From Hyphomicrobiales bacterium (GTDB lineage: Bacteria; Pseudomonadota; Alphaproteobacteria; Rhizobiales; JAKPQE01): a stretch of 64,000 nt of DNA. The DNA lies in NCBI GenBank assembly GCA_041397845.1, contig JAWKVW010000007.1:53288-117287 (forward strand). The letters are read 5' to 3'. Of the stretch, positions 31,858-41,444 are shown piece by piece. Positions within the stretch are counted from its first letter, which is position 1. Each line of letters begins with the position of its first letter. The notes beneath the pieces are model-generated. The model had not been told where the DNA came from and did no database searches. It worked only from the letters and a program-made list of their open reading frames with translations. Position numbers and translations under genes: made by a program.

Positions 31858-31966
31858 GCGGCAACGCTCGGCTTGCGGCAACGCCCCGCCGGGCGTTGCC
31901 TTAAAGACTCTGGACACGCCGGCCGCGCGCCGGCGTTCTCGGTCCTCGGGCTCGGGGTGAGCCGCC

Positions 31967-34240
31967 ATGATGCGTCAGTACGAACTGGTCGAGAAGGTCA
32001 CCCGCTACAACCCGAACGCCGATGAGGCGCTCCTGAACCGGGCCTATGTCTATGCCATGCGCGCCCACGGCCACCAGCGCCGGGCGTCGGGCGACCCCTA
32101 TTTCTCCCATCCGCTTGAAGTCGCCGCGATCCTGACGGATCTGAAGCTCGACGACGCGTCGATCGTCGTTGCCCTCCTGCACGACACGATCGAGGACACC
32201 GACACGACGCGGGCCGAGATCGATCGCCTGTTCGGCGAGGAAATCGGCAAGCTGGTCGAGGGCGTCACCAAGATCGACAAGCTCGATCTCGTCTCCAAGA
32301 AGGCGGCGCAGGCGGAGAACCTGCGCAAGCTGCTGCTCGCCATCTCCGACGACGTTCGCGTCCTGCTGGTCAAGCTCGCCGACCGCCTGCACAACATGCG
32401 GACGCTGCATTTCGTGCCCGAGGGCAAGCGGGCGCGCATCGGCGAGGAGACGATGGAGATCTATGCGCCGCTCGCCGGGCGCATGGGCATGCACGACATG
32501 CGCGAGGAGCTGGAGAACCTGTCCTTCCAGTACCTCAACCCGGAAGCCTTCGCGACGATCACCGAGCGACTGGAGTCGCTGCGCGAGAAGAACCGCAACA
32601 TCACCACCGAGATCGAGCGGGCACTTGCGGAAAAGCTTGCCGGCCACGGCATCACGGCGCGCGTTTCCGGCCGGGAGAAAAAGCCATATTCGATCTTCCG
32701 CAAGATGCAGAGCCGGTCGCTCGGCTTCGAGCAGCTTTCGGACATCTATGCCTTCCGCATCATCGTCTCGGCGGTCGAGGACTGCTACCGGGCACTCGGC
32801 ATCGTCCACACGACGTGGTCGACCGTGCCCGGCCGGTTCAAGGACTACATCTCGACGCCGAAGCCGAACGACTATCGCTCGATCCACACCACCGTCATCG
32901 GTCCGGGCCGGCAGCGCGTCGAGCTGCAGATCCGCACCGAGGAAATGCATCGCATCGCCGAATACGGCATTGCCGCGCACGCCCTCTACAAGGACGCGGC
33001 GGCGGCGCGCAGCGCCAATGGCAACGGCTCGGCCGAGACGACCGTCGACGAGCTCGGCGCCATCCACCTGTCGCGGACCCGGCGGCTGGAGCAGGAAAGC
33101 CAGGCTTACGGCTGGCTGCGGCGGACGATCGAGCTGCTCGCCGAGGGCGACAATGCCGAGGAATTCCTCGAGCATACCAAGCTCGAGCTGTTCCAGGACC
33201 AGGTTTTCTGCTTCACGCCGAAGGGCCGTCTGATCGCCCTGCCACGCGGCGCGACGCCGATCGACTTTGCCTATGCGGTGCATACCGATGTCGGCAACAC
33301 CTGCGTCGGCTGCAAGATCAACGGCAAGATCATGCCGCTGGTCAGCGAGCTGTCGAATGGCGACGAGGTCGAGATCGTCTGCTCCAAGGCGCAGGTGCCG
33401 CCGGCTGCCTGGGAATCGGTCGTCGTGACCGGCAAGGCGCGTTCGGCCATCCGCCGGGCAACGCGCGCCGCGGTCCGCCGGCAGTATACCGGGCTTGGCC
33501 GGCAGATCCTCGAGCGCGCCTTCCAGCGCGCCGCCAAGACCTTCTCGGACGATGCGCTGAAGGCTGGCCTTGCCCGGCTTGCGCACAACAATGTCGACGA
33601 CATGCTGGCGGCCGTCGGGCGCGGCGAGCTTGCCGCCGCCGACGTCATCCGGGCGGTCTATCCCGATTTCCAGGAGAGCCGGGCAACCGGCAGGAAGGCG
33701 ACGCAGGACGAGGGCTGGTTCGGCCTCAAACGCGCTGCCGGCCTCAAGTTCCGCATTCCCGGCCGGGCCAAGAAAAAGGAAGACGTGCGCTCGATCCCGA
33801 TCCGGGGCCTGCGCGGCGAGCTGCCGGTGCGGTTCGCACCCGATGGCGGCGCCGTGCCGGGCGATCGCATCGTCGGCATCCTGACGCCGGGCGAAGGCAT
33901 CACGATCTATCCGATCCATTCGCCGGCGCTGAAGGAATTCGACAACGAGCCGGACCGCTGGCTCGACGTGCGCTGGGAAGTCGACGAGAATGATCCGGAG
34001 CGCTTCCCGGCACAGATCCACATCAACGCGCTGAACGAACCCGGCACACTCGCCCAGATCGCCCAGGTGATCGGCGAGAACGACGGCAACATCGACAACG
34101 TCAAGATGCTCAAGCACTCCCCCGACTTCCACGAAATGATCATTGATCTTGAAGTCTGGGACCTGAAGCATCTCAATCGCATCATCGCCCAGCTCCGCGC
34201 CAAGCGCGTGGTGAGCTCGGCCACCCGCGTCAACGGCTGA
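31967..34240 (+). CDS. spoT: Bifunctional (p)ppGpp synthetase/hydrolase (RelA/SpoT homologue, Rsh)
   Basis: 757-aa ORF with an HD hydrolase (HPLEVAAIL...LLHDTIEDT), a synthetase domain (GREKKPYSIFRKM...DYRSIHTTV), and TGS and ACT ends. Confidence 0.95.
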   Translation: MMRQYELVEKVTRYNPNADEALLNRAYVYAMRAHGHQRRASGDPYFSHPLEVAAILTDLKLDDASIVVALLHDTIEDTDTTRAEIDRLFGEEIGKLVEGVTKIDKLDLVSKKAAQAENLRKLLLAISDDVRVLLVKLADRLHNMRTLHFVPEGKRARIGEETMEIYAPLAGRMGMHDMREELENLSFQYLNPEAFATITERLESLREKNRNITTEIERALAEKLAGHGITARVSGREKKPYSIFRKMQSRSLGFEQLSDIYAFRIIVSAVEDCYRALGIVHTTWSTVPGRFKDYISTPKPNDYRSIHTTVIGPGRQRVELQIRTEEMHRIAEYGIAAHALYKDAAAARSANGNGSAETTVDELGAIHLSRTRRLEQESQAYGWLRRTIELLAEGDNAEEFLEHTKLELFQDQVFCFTPKGRLIALPRGATPIDFAYAVHTDVGNTCVGCKINGKIMPLVSELSNGDEVEIVCSKAQVPPAAWESVVVTGKARSAIRRATRAAVRRQYTGLGRQILERAFQRAAKTFSDDALKAGLARLAHNNVDDMLAAVGRGELAAADVIRAVYPDFQESRATGRKATQDEGWFGLKRAAGLKFRIPGRAKKKEDVRSIPIRGLRGELPVRFAPDGGAVPGDRIVGILTPGEGITIYPIHSPALKEFDNEPDRWLDVRWEVDENDPERFPAQIHINALNEPGTLAQIAQVIGENDGNIDNVKMLKHSPDFHEMIIDLEVWDLKHLNRIIAQLRAKRVVSSATRVNG

Positions 34241-34270
34241 GCCGGCGCGACAAGACAGACGGGAACCCGC

Positions 34271-34855
34271 ATGACCAGAGACGAAGTCCTCGACATCTTC
34301 CGCCGCTCCGGGGCCATCCTCGAGGGGCATTTCATCCTGTCGTCCGGCCTGCGCAGCCCGGTGTTCCTGCAGAAGGCGAAGGTGTTCATGTATCCGGACC
34401 GCACGGCGGAACTCTGCTCGGCGCTTGCCGACCGGATCCGGGCGTCCGGCATCGGGCCGATCGACCTTGTCGTCTCGCCGGCGATGGGCGGCATCATTCC
34501 GGGCTACGAGACGGCGCGCCAGCTCGGCATTCCCGCCGTCTGGGTCGAGCGCGAGGACGGCCAGTTCGCCCTTCGCCGCGGCTTCGAGATCGCGCCGGGC
34601 ACGCGCGTCATCGTCGTCGAGGATATCGTGACCACCGGCCTTTCCAGCCGCGAATGCATCGAGGCGATCAAGGGCTTTGGCGCGGACGTCGTCGGCTGCG
34701 CCTGCCTCATCGACCGTTCGGCCGGCAAGGCGGATGTCGGCGTGCCGCTGATTGCGCTTGCGGAGTATGAAGTTCCGGCCTATCCAGCCGATCAGGTCCC
34801 GCCGGAAATGGCGGCGATTCCGGCGATCAAGCCGGGCAGCCGCGGGCTCAAGTAA
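34271..34855 (+). CDS. pyrE: Orotate phosphoribosyltransferase
   Basis: 194-aa ORF with [16 protein letters not shown] and the PRPP loop [13 protein letters not shown]. Confidence 0.92.
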   Translation: MTRDEVLDIFRRSGAILEGHFILSSGLRSPVFLQKAKVFMYPDRTAELCSALADRIRASGIGPIDLVVSPAMGGIIPGYETARQLGIPAVWVEREDGQFALRRGFEIAPGTRVIVVEDIVTTGLSSRECIEAIKGFGADVVGCACLIDRSAGKADVGVPLIALAEYEVPAYPADQVPPEMAAIPAIKPGSRGLK

Positions 34856-34934
34856 GGGCGCGGGGCGGAACGAAAAAGGCTGTTGCTGACATTGGCGGCA
34901 GGGGGCGGAACCACGGCTTGGCGAGGGTGCCTGA

Positions 34935-35528
34935 ATGCTCTTCAGGCGACGTGCAGATCCTCATTTCCTGGAAAAAATCCGCGTCTGGGCCTGGCCCCGG
35001 CGTAGCTGGCAGCGCTCGTATCGCTACTTCTCCAAGCGGGTGCTGCGGCTGACGGCCTCTCCGCATGCCGTGGCGGCCGGGTTCGCGGCGGGCGTCTTTG
35101 CCTCGTTCACGCCGTTTCTCGGCTTTCACTTCGTCATCGCCTTCGCCCTTGCCTATCTCATCGGCGGCAATTTCATCTCGGCGGCGCTCGGCACGTCGGT
35201 CGGCAATCCGCTGACCTTCCCGTTCATCTTCGCCTCGACCTTCGAGGTCGGCAGCCTCATTCTCAGAACCGGGCACAGCGCGGCGACGACGGACCTCTCG
35301 CCGGGGATGCTGACGCGGTCGATCGACACGATCCTGCCGCTGATCAAGCCGATGACGGTCGGCGCCATCCCGCTCGGCATCGCGGCGGCGCTGATTGCCT
35401 ATTTCCCGATCCGCAGCGCGGTGCGGGCCTTCCAGCACGCCCGGCGCGAGCGCTTCGCGGCCCGGGCCCGGCGGGCGGCGGAAGCCGAGGCACGCGCCAT
35501 GGGCAAGACGGAGGCGAGAGGACCATGA
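34935..35528 (+). CDS. DUF2062 membrane protein
   Basis: 197-aa [41 protein letters not shown] matches my memory of DUF2062. There is a 4-nt overlap with acpS. Confidence 0.75.
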   Translation: MLFRRRADPHFLEKIRVWAWPRRSWQRSYRYFSKRVLRLTASPHAVAAGFAAGVFASFTPFLGFHFVIAFALAYLIGGNFISAALGTSVGNPLTFPFIFASTFEVGSLILRTGHSAATTDLSPGMLTRSIDTILPLIKPMTVGAIPLGIAAALIAYFPIRSAVRAFQHARRERFAARARRAAEAEARAMGKTEARGP

Positions 35529-35938
35529 TCCTCGGCATCGGCAGCGACCTCATCGACATCCGCCGCATCGAGAAGACGCTCGACCGGTTCGGCGAGCGTT
35601 TCATTTCGCGGATCTATACCGAGACCGAGCAGCGCAAGTCGGAACGGCGGGTCGAGCGGGCCGCGTCCTATGCCAAGCGGTTCGCGGCCAAGGAGGCCTG
35701 CGCCAAGGCGCTCGGCACCGGCATCCGGCACGGCGTCGCCTGGCGCGGCATGGGCGTCGTCAACCTGCCGTCCGGCCGGCCGACGATGGAGCTGACCGGC
35801 GGCGCGCTCAAGGCACTGGAACGGATGGTGCCGCCGGGCATGGTCGTCGAAATCCACGTCACCATCACCGACGACTATCCGCTCGCCCAGGCTTTCGTCA
35901 TCATCTCGGCGGAGCCGGCACCGAAAGAGCCCGCCTGA
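35525..35938 (+). CDS. acpS: Holo-ACP synthase
   Basis: 137-aa ORF with [16 protein letters not shown] and [14 protein letters not shown]. Confidence 0.93.
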   Translation: MILGIGSDLIDIRRIEKTLDRFGERFISRIYTETEQRKSERRVERAASYAKRFAAKEACAKALGTGIRHGVAWRGMGVVNLPSGRPTMELTGGALKALERMVPPGMVVEIHVTITDDYPLAQAFVIISAEPAPKEPA

Positions 35939-36074
35939 CCGCCCGCGGCGGGCGAAAAGCGACATATATCCGCCGCTTTTGCCGGCGACGCGTTGCACCG
36001 CCGGAAGCGAGAAGATATGACGAACACCGACGGCGGGACGCGATGGCGCCGGCCGGGACGAGGGCAAAAGGCGA

Positions 36075-36830
36075 ATGAGCGTGACCAGCGACAGCAAGAA
36101 GACGAACGAGGGTGGCATCCTTGAAACCCTCAAGGTGATCTTCCACGCCCTCCTGCTGGCGCTCGTGGTTCGCACGTTCTTCTACCAGCCCTTCAACATT
36201 CCGTCGGGCTCGATGAAGTCGACGCTGCTCATCGGCGACTATCTGTTCGTCTCGAAATACGCCTACGGCTACAGCCGGTTCTCGTTCCCGTTCTCGCCGA
36301 ACCTGTTTCAGGGGCGGATCTGGGGCAGCGCGCCGGAACGCGGCGACATCGTCGTCTTCAAGCTGCCGCGCGACAACGCCACCGATTACATCAAGCGCGT
36401 CATCGGCCTGCCGGGCGACGAGATCCAGATGGTCGGCGGCATCCTGCACATCAACGGCCAGCCGGTGCCGCGCGAGCGCGTCGGCGACTTCACCGAGACC
36501 GATCCGGCCGGCCGGACGATCGAGGTCGCGCGCTTCCGCGAGACCCTGCCGAACGGCGTCTCCTACGACACGCTGGACCTGACCACCGACGGTTTTGCCG
36601 ACAACACCAACGTCTTCAAGGTGCCGGCGGGCCATTATTTCATGATGGGCGACAATCGCGACAACTCGACCGACAGCCGCTTCGGCCAGGTCGGCTTCGT
36701 GCCCGAGGAGAACCTTGTCGGGCGGGCCGAGATCCTGTTCTTCTCGGTCGACGAGGGCGCCCATGCGTGGGAGCTCTGGCGCTGGCCCTGGACGGTTCGC
36801 TGGGATCGCCCGTTCACGTCCCTCAGATGA
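36075..36830 (+). CDS. lepB: Signal peptidase I
   Basis: 251-aa ORF with IPSGSMKSTLLIGDYLFVSK (catalytic Ser), YIKRVIGLPGD and GDNRDNSTDSR. Confidence 0.95.
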   Translation: MSVTSDSKKTNEGGILETLKVIFHALLLALVVRTFFYQPFNIPSGSMKSTLLIGDYLFVSKYAYGYSRFSFPFSPNLFQGRIWGSAPERGDIVVFKLPRDNATDYIKRVIGLPGDEIQMVGGILHINGQPVPRERVGDFTETDPAGRTIEVARFRETLPNGVSYDTLDLTTDGFADNTNVFKVPAGHYFMMGDNRDNSTDSRFGQVGFVPEENLVGRAEILFFSVDEGAHAWELWRWPWTVRWDRPFTSLR

Positions 36831-37543
36831 AAAACCAGCCTGACGCCGACCTCGACCGGCTCGAAGACAGACTCGGACACCATTTCTCCGATCGCGACCT
36901 CCTCGAGAAGGCGCTCACCCACATGAGCGCCATCGTCGATCCGCGCGACGCCGGGCGCACCTATCAGCGCCTCGAGTTTCTCGGCGACCGGGTGCTGGCG
37001 CTGGCCGTCGCGGACATGCTGATCGAGGCGTTCCCGGATGCCGAGGAAGGCGAGCTTGCGCGCCGGCTCAATCACATGGTCAAGGCCGAGACCTGCGCCG
37101 AGGTGGCGCTGGAGCTTGATCTTGGCCCCTATCTGCGGCTCGGCGGCGGCGAGGCGCAATCGGGCGGGCGGCGCAAGAAGGCGATCCTTGGCGATGTCTG
37201 CGAGGCCGTGATCGGCGCGATCTACCGCGACGGCGGCTTCCTGCCGGCCGCGCAATTCGTCATGCGGAACTGGAAGGACCGGATGCTTGGCTGGTCCGGC
37301 CCGCTGCGCGACCCCAAGACGACACTGCAGGAATGGGCGCACGGCCGCGGCGTCGATGCGCCTGTCTATCGGCTGGCGGGACGCAGCGGCCCCGACCATG
37401 CGCCGGTCTTCGTCGTCGAGGCGGAAGTCTCGGGCCTTGCGCCGGAGAGCGGGTCGGGAACATCGAAGCGCAATGCCGAACAGGCTGCGGCGCGTGCCTT
37501 CCTCGTTCGCGAGGGTGTCTGGTCGGAGGATCATCGTGGTTGA
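36827..37543 (+). CDS. rnc: Ribonuclease III
   Basis: 238 aa from MKNQPDADLDRLE (ATGA overlap with the lepB stop) inside track ORF 36767-37543. It has the signature ERLEFLGDRVL and a dsRBD with KRNAEQAAARAFL. Confidence 0.95.
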   Translation: MKNQPDADLDRLEDRLGHHFSDRDLLEKALTHMSAIVDPRDAGRTYQRLEFLGDRVLALAVADMLIEAFPDAEEGELARRLNHMVKAETCAEVALELDLGPYLRLGGGEAQSGGRRKKAILGDVCEAVIGAIYRDGGFLPAAQFVMRNWKDRMLGWSGPLRDPKTTLQEWAHGRGVDAPVYRLAGRSGPDHAPVFVVEAEVSGLAPESGSGTSKRNAEQAAARAFLVREGVWSEDHRG

Positions 37544-37547
37544 GGAA

Positions 37548-38465
37548 ATGGACGGGATCGACGGCGCGGCGCCGACTTCCTGCGGCTTTGTCGCGCTCAT
37601 CGGCGCGCCGAATGCCGGCAAGTCGACGCTGATGAACACGCTCGTCGGCGCCAAGGTGTCGATCGTCACGCACAAGGTGCAGACCACCCGCGCCATCATC
37701 CGCGGCATCGCCATTGCCGGCGAGAGCCAGATCGTCTTCATCGATACGCCCGGCATCTTCCAGCCGCGGCGGCGGCTTGACGTCGCCATGGTCGACACCG
37801 CCTGGGGCGGGGCGCGCGACGCCGACCTCGTCGCCGTGCTCATCGACGTGCGGGCCGGGCTCGAGGACGAGGCGGTCGCCATTCTCGACGGGCTCGCCAA
37901 TGTCCGCCAGCCGAAGATCCTCGTTCTCAACAAGGTCGACCTCGTGCGCCGCGACAAGCTGCTGGCGATCGCCGCCGAGGCCAATGCCCGGGCGAAGTTC
38001 GAGGCGACCTTCATGATCTCGGCGCTGAACGGCGACGGCACGGCGGACCTGCTCGGCTGGCTCGGCAAGCACGTGCCCGAGGGGCCGTGGCATTTTCCCG
38101 AGGACCAGATCTCCGACCTGCCGATGCGCAGCCTCGCCGCCGAGATCACGCGCGAGAAGCTGTTCCTGCGCCTGCACGAGGAACTGCCCTACTCCTCGCA
38201 TGTCGAGACGGAACAGTGGAAAGAGCTGCCGGACGGCTCGGTGCGGATCGAGCAGACGATTTTCGTCGAGCGCGACAGCCAGAAAAAGATCGTCCTCGGC
38301 AAGGGCGGGCGCACCATCAAGGACATCTCGATGGCGGCGCGCGCGGAGCTCGCCGACATTCTCGAGCAGAAAGTGCACCTGTTCCTGTTCGTGAAGGTGC
38401 GGGAGAACTGGGCCGACGACCCGGAGCGCTATCGCGAGATGGGGCTGGAGTTTCCCCGCCGCTGA
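37548..38465 (+). CDS. era: GTPase Era
   Basis: 305 aa from MDGIDGAAPTSCGF inside track ORF 37287-38465. It has GAPNAGKST, DTPG and NKVD motifs, and a KH domain (KKIVLGKGGRTIK). Confidence 0.95.
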   Translation: MDGIDGAAPTSCGFVALIGAPNAGKSTLMNTLVGAKVSIVTHKVQTTRAIIRGIAIAGESQIVFIDTPGIFQPRRRLDVAMVDTAWGGARDADLVAVLIDVRAGLEDEAVAILDGLANVRQPKILVLNKVDLVRRDKLLAIAAEANARAKFEATFMISALNGDGTADLLGWLGKHVPEGPWHFPEDQISDLPMRSLAAEITREKLFLRLHEELPYSSHVETEQWKELPDGSVRIEQTIFVERDSQKKIVLGKGGRTIKDISMAARAELADILEQKVHLFLFVKVRENWADDPERYREMGLEFPRR

Positions 38466-38564
38466 GGGCCGCTTGCGGCCCTCATTGCCTTCCACGACGG
38501 GCCGCTTGCGGCCCTCATTGCCTTCCACAACGGGCCGCTTGCGGCCCTCATTTCCTGCTGCAAC
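38466..38564. repeat. Array of three 33-nt units, each starting with the hairpin GGGCCGC-TT-GCGGCCC
   Basis: Units start at 38466, 38499 and 38532. The unit is gggccgcttgcggccctcattgccttccacgac, and the third tail diverges. The array begins on the base after the era stop codon. Confidence 0.85.
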
Positions 38565-38589
38565 AGCCTGATGCGCCTGCTCCTGGCGC

Positions 38590-39075
38590 CTACTGCTCGC
38601 GCTCGGGCACCGGGGCGGCACCGCACGCGGCGCGCATCGCCTTGAACGCCTCGGCCGAGCCGGCGAGCGGAACCTGGATGGTCTGCTCGTCGAGCGTCAC
38701 GGTTGCCGTCTTGCCAAGCTTCAGCGCGGCGATGAGGCCATCGTCGATGGTGATGTCGGTGGCGCCGAGCAGGCCGGCGGCCGGGTCGCGATAGCGATAG
38801 CCGCGGCGCACGTCGACGAGGCCATCGATGCTGAAGATGAGGTCGACCTTCTGGCCCTCGCCGCCGCCGGAAAGCGGCAGACCGACGGTCAGGCGGACCT
38901 GCTTGTCGGACGAGCGGCAGGAGAACTGCAGCGCCGGGGCCGTGCAGCCGGCACAGGCCGGGGCCGCAGCGAAAGAGCCATCGCCGCCAGGACCGCCCTG
39001 CCAGCCGCCGCCCTGGGCGAGCGCGATGCCCGGCGCCGTGATGAAAATGGATAGGGCGAGCAACTTGCGAAACAT
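38590..39075 (-). CDS. Hypothetical secreted protein (four Cys; faint IalB-like flavour only)
   Basis: 161-aa ORF with the signal peptide MFRKLLALSIFITAPGIALA. The mature part has a balanced composition. I am not confident of any family. Confidence 0.6.
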   Translation of the reverse strand: MFRKLLALSIFITAPGIALAQGGGWQGGPGGDGSFAAAPACAGCTAPALQFSCRSSDKQVRLTVGLPLSGGGEGQKVDLIFSIDGLVDVRRGYRYRDPAAGLLGATDITIDDGLIAALKLGKTATVTLDEQTIQVPLAGSAEAFKAMRAACGAAPVPEREQ

Positions 39076-39260
39076 TCCGATAGGCCTCCCGCTTCAGGTC
39101 CCCGAGCCGCGCGGCGGGTAACCGCCCGTCGCCGCGCTTGTGGCAGGCATCGATGCTTGCCTTGCACCGCCGCCCGGCGCAACCGCTATTGCGCGGAAAC
39201 GGCAAAAAAGCGGCAAGCGCGCCGCCCTTGCCGGCAAAGGGGAGCAAACCGACAAAAAAG

Positions 39261-39281
39261 GGAAGCGGACGAACCGCTTCC
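39261..39281 (-). terminator. Rho-independent terminator after the cytochrome c peroxidase gene
   Basis: ggaagcgg-acgaa-ccgcttcc hairpin. The plus-strand aaaaaag before it gives cttttttg after it on the minus strand. Confidence 0.75.
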
Positions 39282-39307
39282 CCAGTTTCGAGTGACTGTG
39301 TGAGGGA

Positions 39308-40350
39308 TTATTTGGTCATGGCAACCGGCAGCGGCGTCGTATCGCTCGACACCGGCAGGATCGGATATTCGACGCGCGGCTGCTCGCCGGTCAGCGTCTC
39401 GAGGAAGGCGGTGATGGCGTCGACCTCGGCGTCGTTCAGTTTTTCGCCGAGCTGGCTTTCACCCATGATGGCGACGGCCTGACGCAGGCTCCAGACCTTG
39501 CCGGAATGGAAGTACGGGGCGGTCAGCGCGATGTTGCGCAGCGGGCCGGCGCGGAAGACATATTCCTCATCGGCGGTCTTGGTGACGGCGAAGCGGCCCT
39601 TGTCGCCGGCCGGCAGGATCTCGCTGCCCGGCTTCTCGACGACGCCGAACGGATAGTAACCGTTGCCGCCGAGATTGACGCCGTTGTGGCAGGAGGCGCA
39701 GCCCTTGTCGATGAAGAGCCCGAGGCCCTCCTTCTCCTTTTCGGTCAGCACCGCCTGATTGCCCTCGAGGAACTGGTCGAAGCGCGAGGCGGGCGTGATC
39801 AGCGTCGCCTCGAACGACTCGATCGCCTTGGCCATGTTGTCGAAGGTGACCGGCGCCGCCTCGCCCGGGAAGGCCGCCTCGAACTCGGCGACATAGGCCG
39901 GCATGCTCTTCAGCGTCGCCTCGACCACTTCAGGCGTGTTGCTCATCTCGACGCCGGCCTGCACCGGGCCCTTGGCCTGTGCCTTCAGATCCTCGGCGCG
40001 GCCATCCCAGAACTGGGCGACGTTGAAGACGGCATTGAGAACCGTCGGCGCATTGCGCGGGCCCTTGGCCCAGCCGTGACCGATCGAGGTCTCGAGGTTG
40101 TCGTCACCACCCATGCCGAGATTGTGGCAGGTGTTGCAGGAAATAAGCTGGCTGGAGGAGAGGCGCGGATCGAAGAAAAGCTTCTTGCCGAGCTCGACCT
40201 TCTCGCGCGTCACGGCGTTGTCCTTCAGGGCGGGCAACACGGCGGGAACGGCCTCGAAATTTTCCTTGGCCTTGGCGAGGAGGAATCATCGGCGTGCGCC
40301 GACGTCGCCGCGAATGCGAGGACGGCGGCCATTGCTATGAAGCGCGACAT
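39308..40350 (-). pseudogene. Di-haem cytochrome c peroxidase, signal peptide out of frame with the mature part
   Basis: ORF 39308-40240 has the haem motifs CNTCH and CASCH and PLRNIALTAPYFHSG. The signal peptide MSRFIAMAAVLAFAATSAHADD lies in ORF 40225-40434. One shift lies near 40275-40290. Confidence 0.8.
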
Positions 40351-40594
40351 GAAATCACCCTTTGGTTTGGGAGCTGCTATGACGCGATCTTGAAATGGAA
40401 TTAGAATGCCTCTCAATGTGGCGGAATGTAGCATGATTTTCCCAACAAGAGCAAAAGGATATATAGAATTATCAATATGATTCCAGTTTTACCCTGATGA
40501 TCATGCGATCCGATTTGCCCCGGCATTGCCGGCAATTGCACCGGGATGCGGAAGCGGCCTTTGCCAGCCGCGGCAAAGGCGCGATAAATCATCG

Positions 40595-41423
40595 ATGCAG
40601 TGGAGCGATGAGGCCATCATTCTGGGCGCCCGCCGTCATGGCGAGGGCAGCGTCATTCTCGAGGTGATGACGGCCGGCCATGGCCGTCATCTCGGCCTCG
40701 TGCGCGGCGGGCGATCGCGGCGGATGCAGGCGGCCCTGCAGCCCGGCAACGCGGTCGATCTCGTCTGGCGGGCCCGGCTCGACGAGCACCTTGGCAATTT
40801 CACCGTCGAGCCGACCGACCTCAGGGCAGCGCGGCTGATGGAAACGCCGGTCGCCACCTATGGCGTGCTGCTGCTGGCGGCGCATCTCAGGCTGCTGCCG
40901 GAGCGTGACCCGCATCCCGAGCTCTACGCGGCGCTGCGGATCATCCTCGACGAGTTGCACGAGCCGCTGCATGCGGGCGCCCTCGTCGTTCGCTTTGAAA
41001 TGGCGCTGCTCGATGAGCTCGGCTTCGGCCTCGACCTTTCGGAGTGCGCCGCGACCGGCACGGCGGAAGACCTCGTCTGGGTGTCGCCGCGCTCCGGCCG
41101 GGCCGTCAGCCGGGCGGCGGGCGAGCCCTATGCGGCCAAGCTGCTTCCCCTGCCCGGCTTTCTCGCCGGCGGCGCGGCAGCTTCCGGAGGCGGCATTCCG
41201 GCCATGATCGACGAGGCTGCCACCGAAAGAGGTCTTGCGCCGCGCAGGTATCGAGGCCGGCGACATCCACGACGGATTCCGCCTGACGGAGTTCTTCCTC
41301 ACCCGCCATGTCCTGGAGCCGCGCGGCATCGCCATTCCCGAGGCGCGGGCGGGCTTCCTGAAGGCACTGGCACGAGCGCTTGCAAAGGAACGCAACCTAT
41401 TCAATTATCCCTTAGAGGGTTGA
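40595..41423 (+). pseudogene. recO: DNA repair protein RecO, C-terminal third out of frame
   Basis: [39 protein letters not shown]... lies in the track ORF 40526-41581 frame. The conserved tail [44 protein letters not shown] lies in the ORF 41235-41423 frame. The shift is somewhere around 41150-41225. Confidence 0.8.
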
Positions 41424-41444
41424 GCCAGCAGGTATTTGCATTGA

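Noticed and set aside
38466-38564. Possible CRISPR array (regular 33-nt periodicity with a palindromic core).
   Set aside because: The units are contiguous with no unique spacers, there are only three copies, and there are no cas genes. This is a hairpin tandem repeat.
37260-38621. A 453-aa minus-strand ORF containing the repeated peptide EGNEGRKRPVV.
   Set aside because: The repeat is simply the translation of the 33-nt hairpin array, and the rest is antisense to era.
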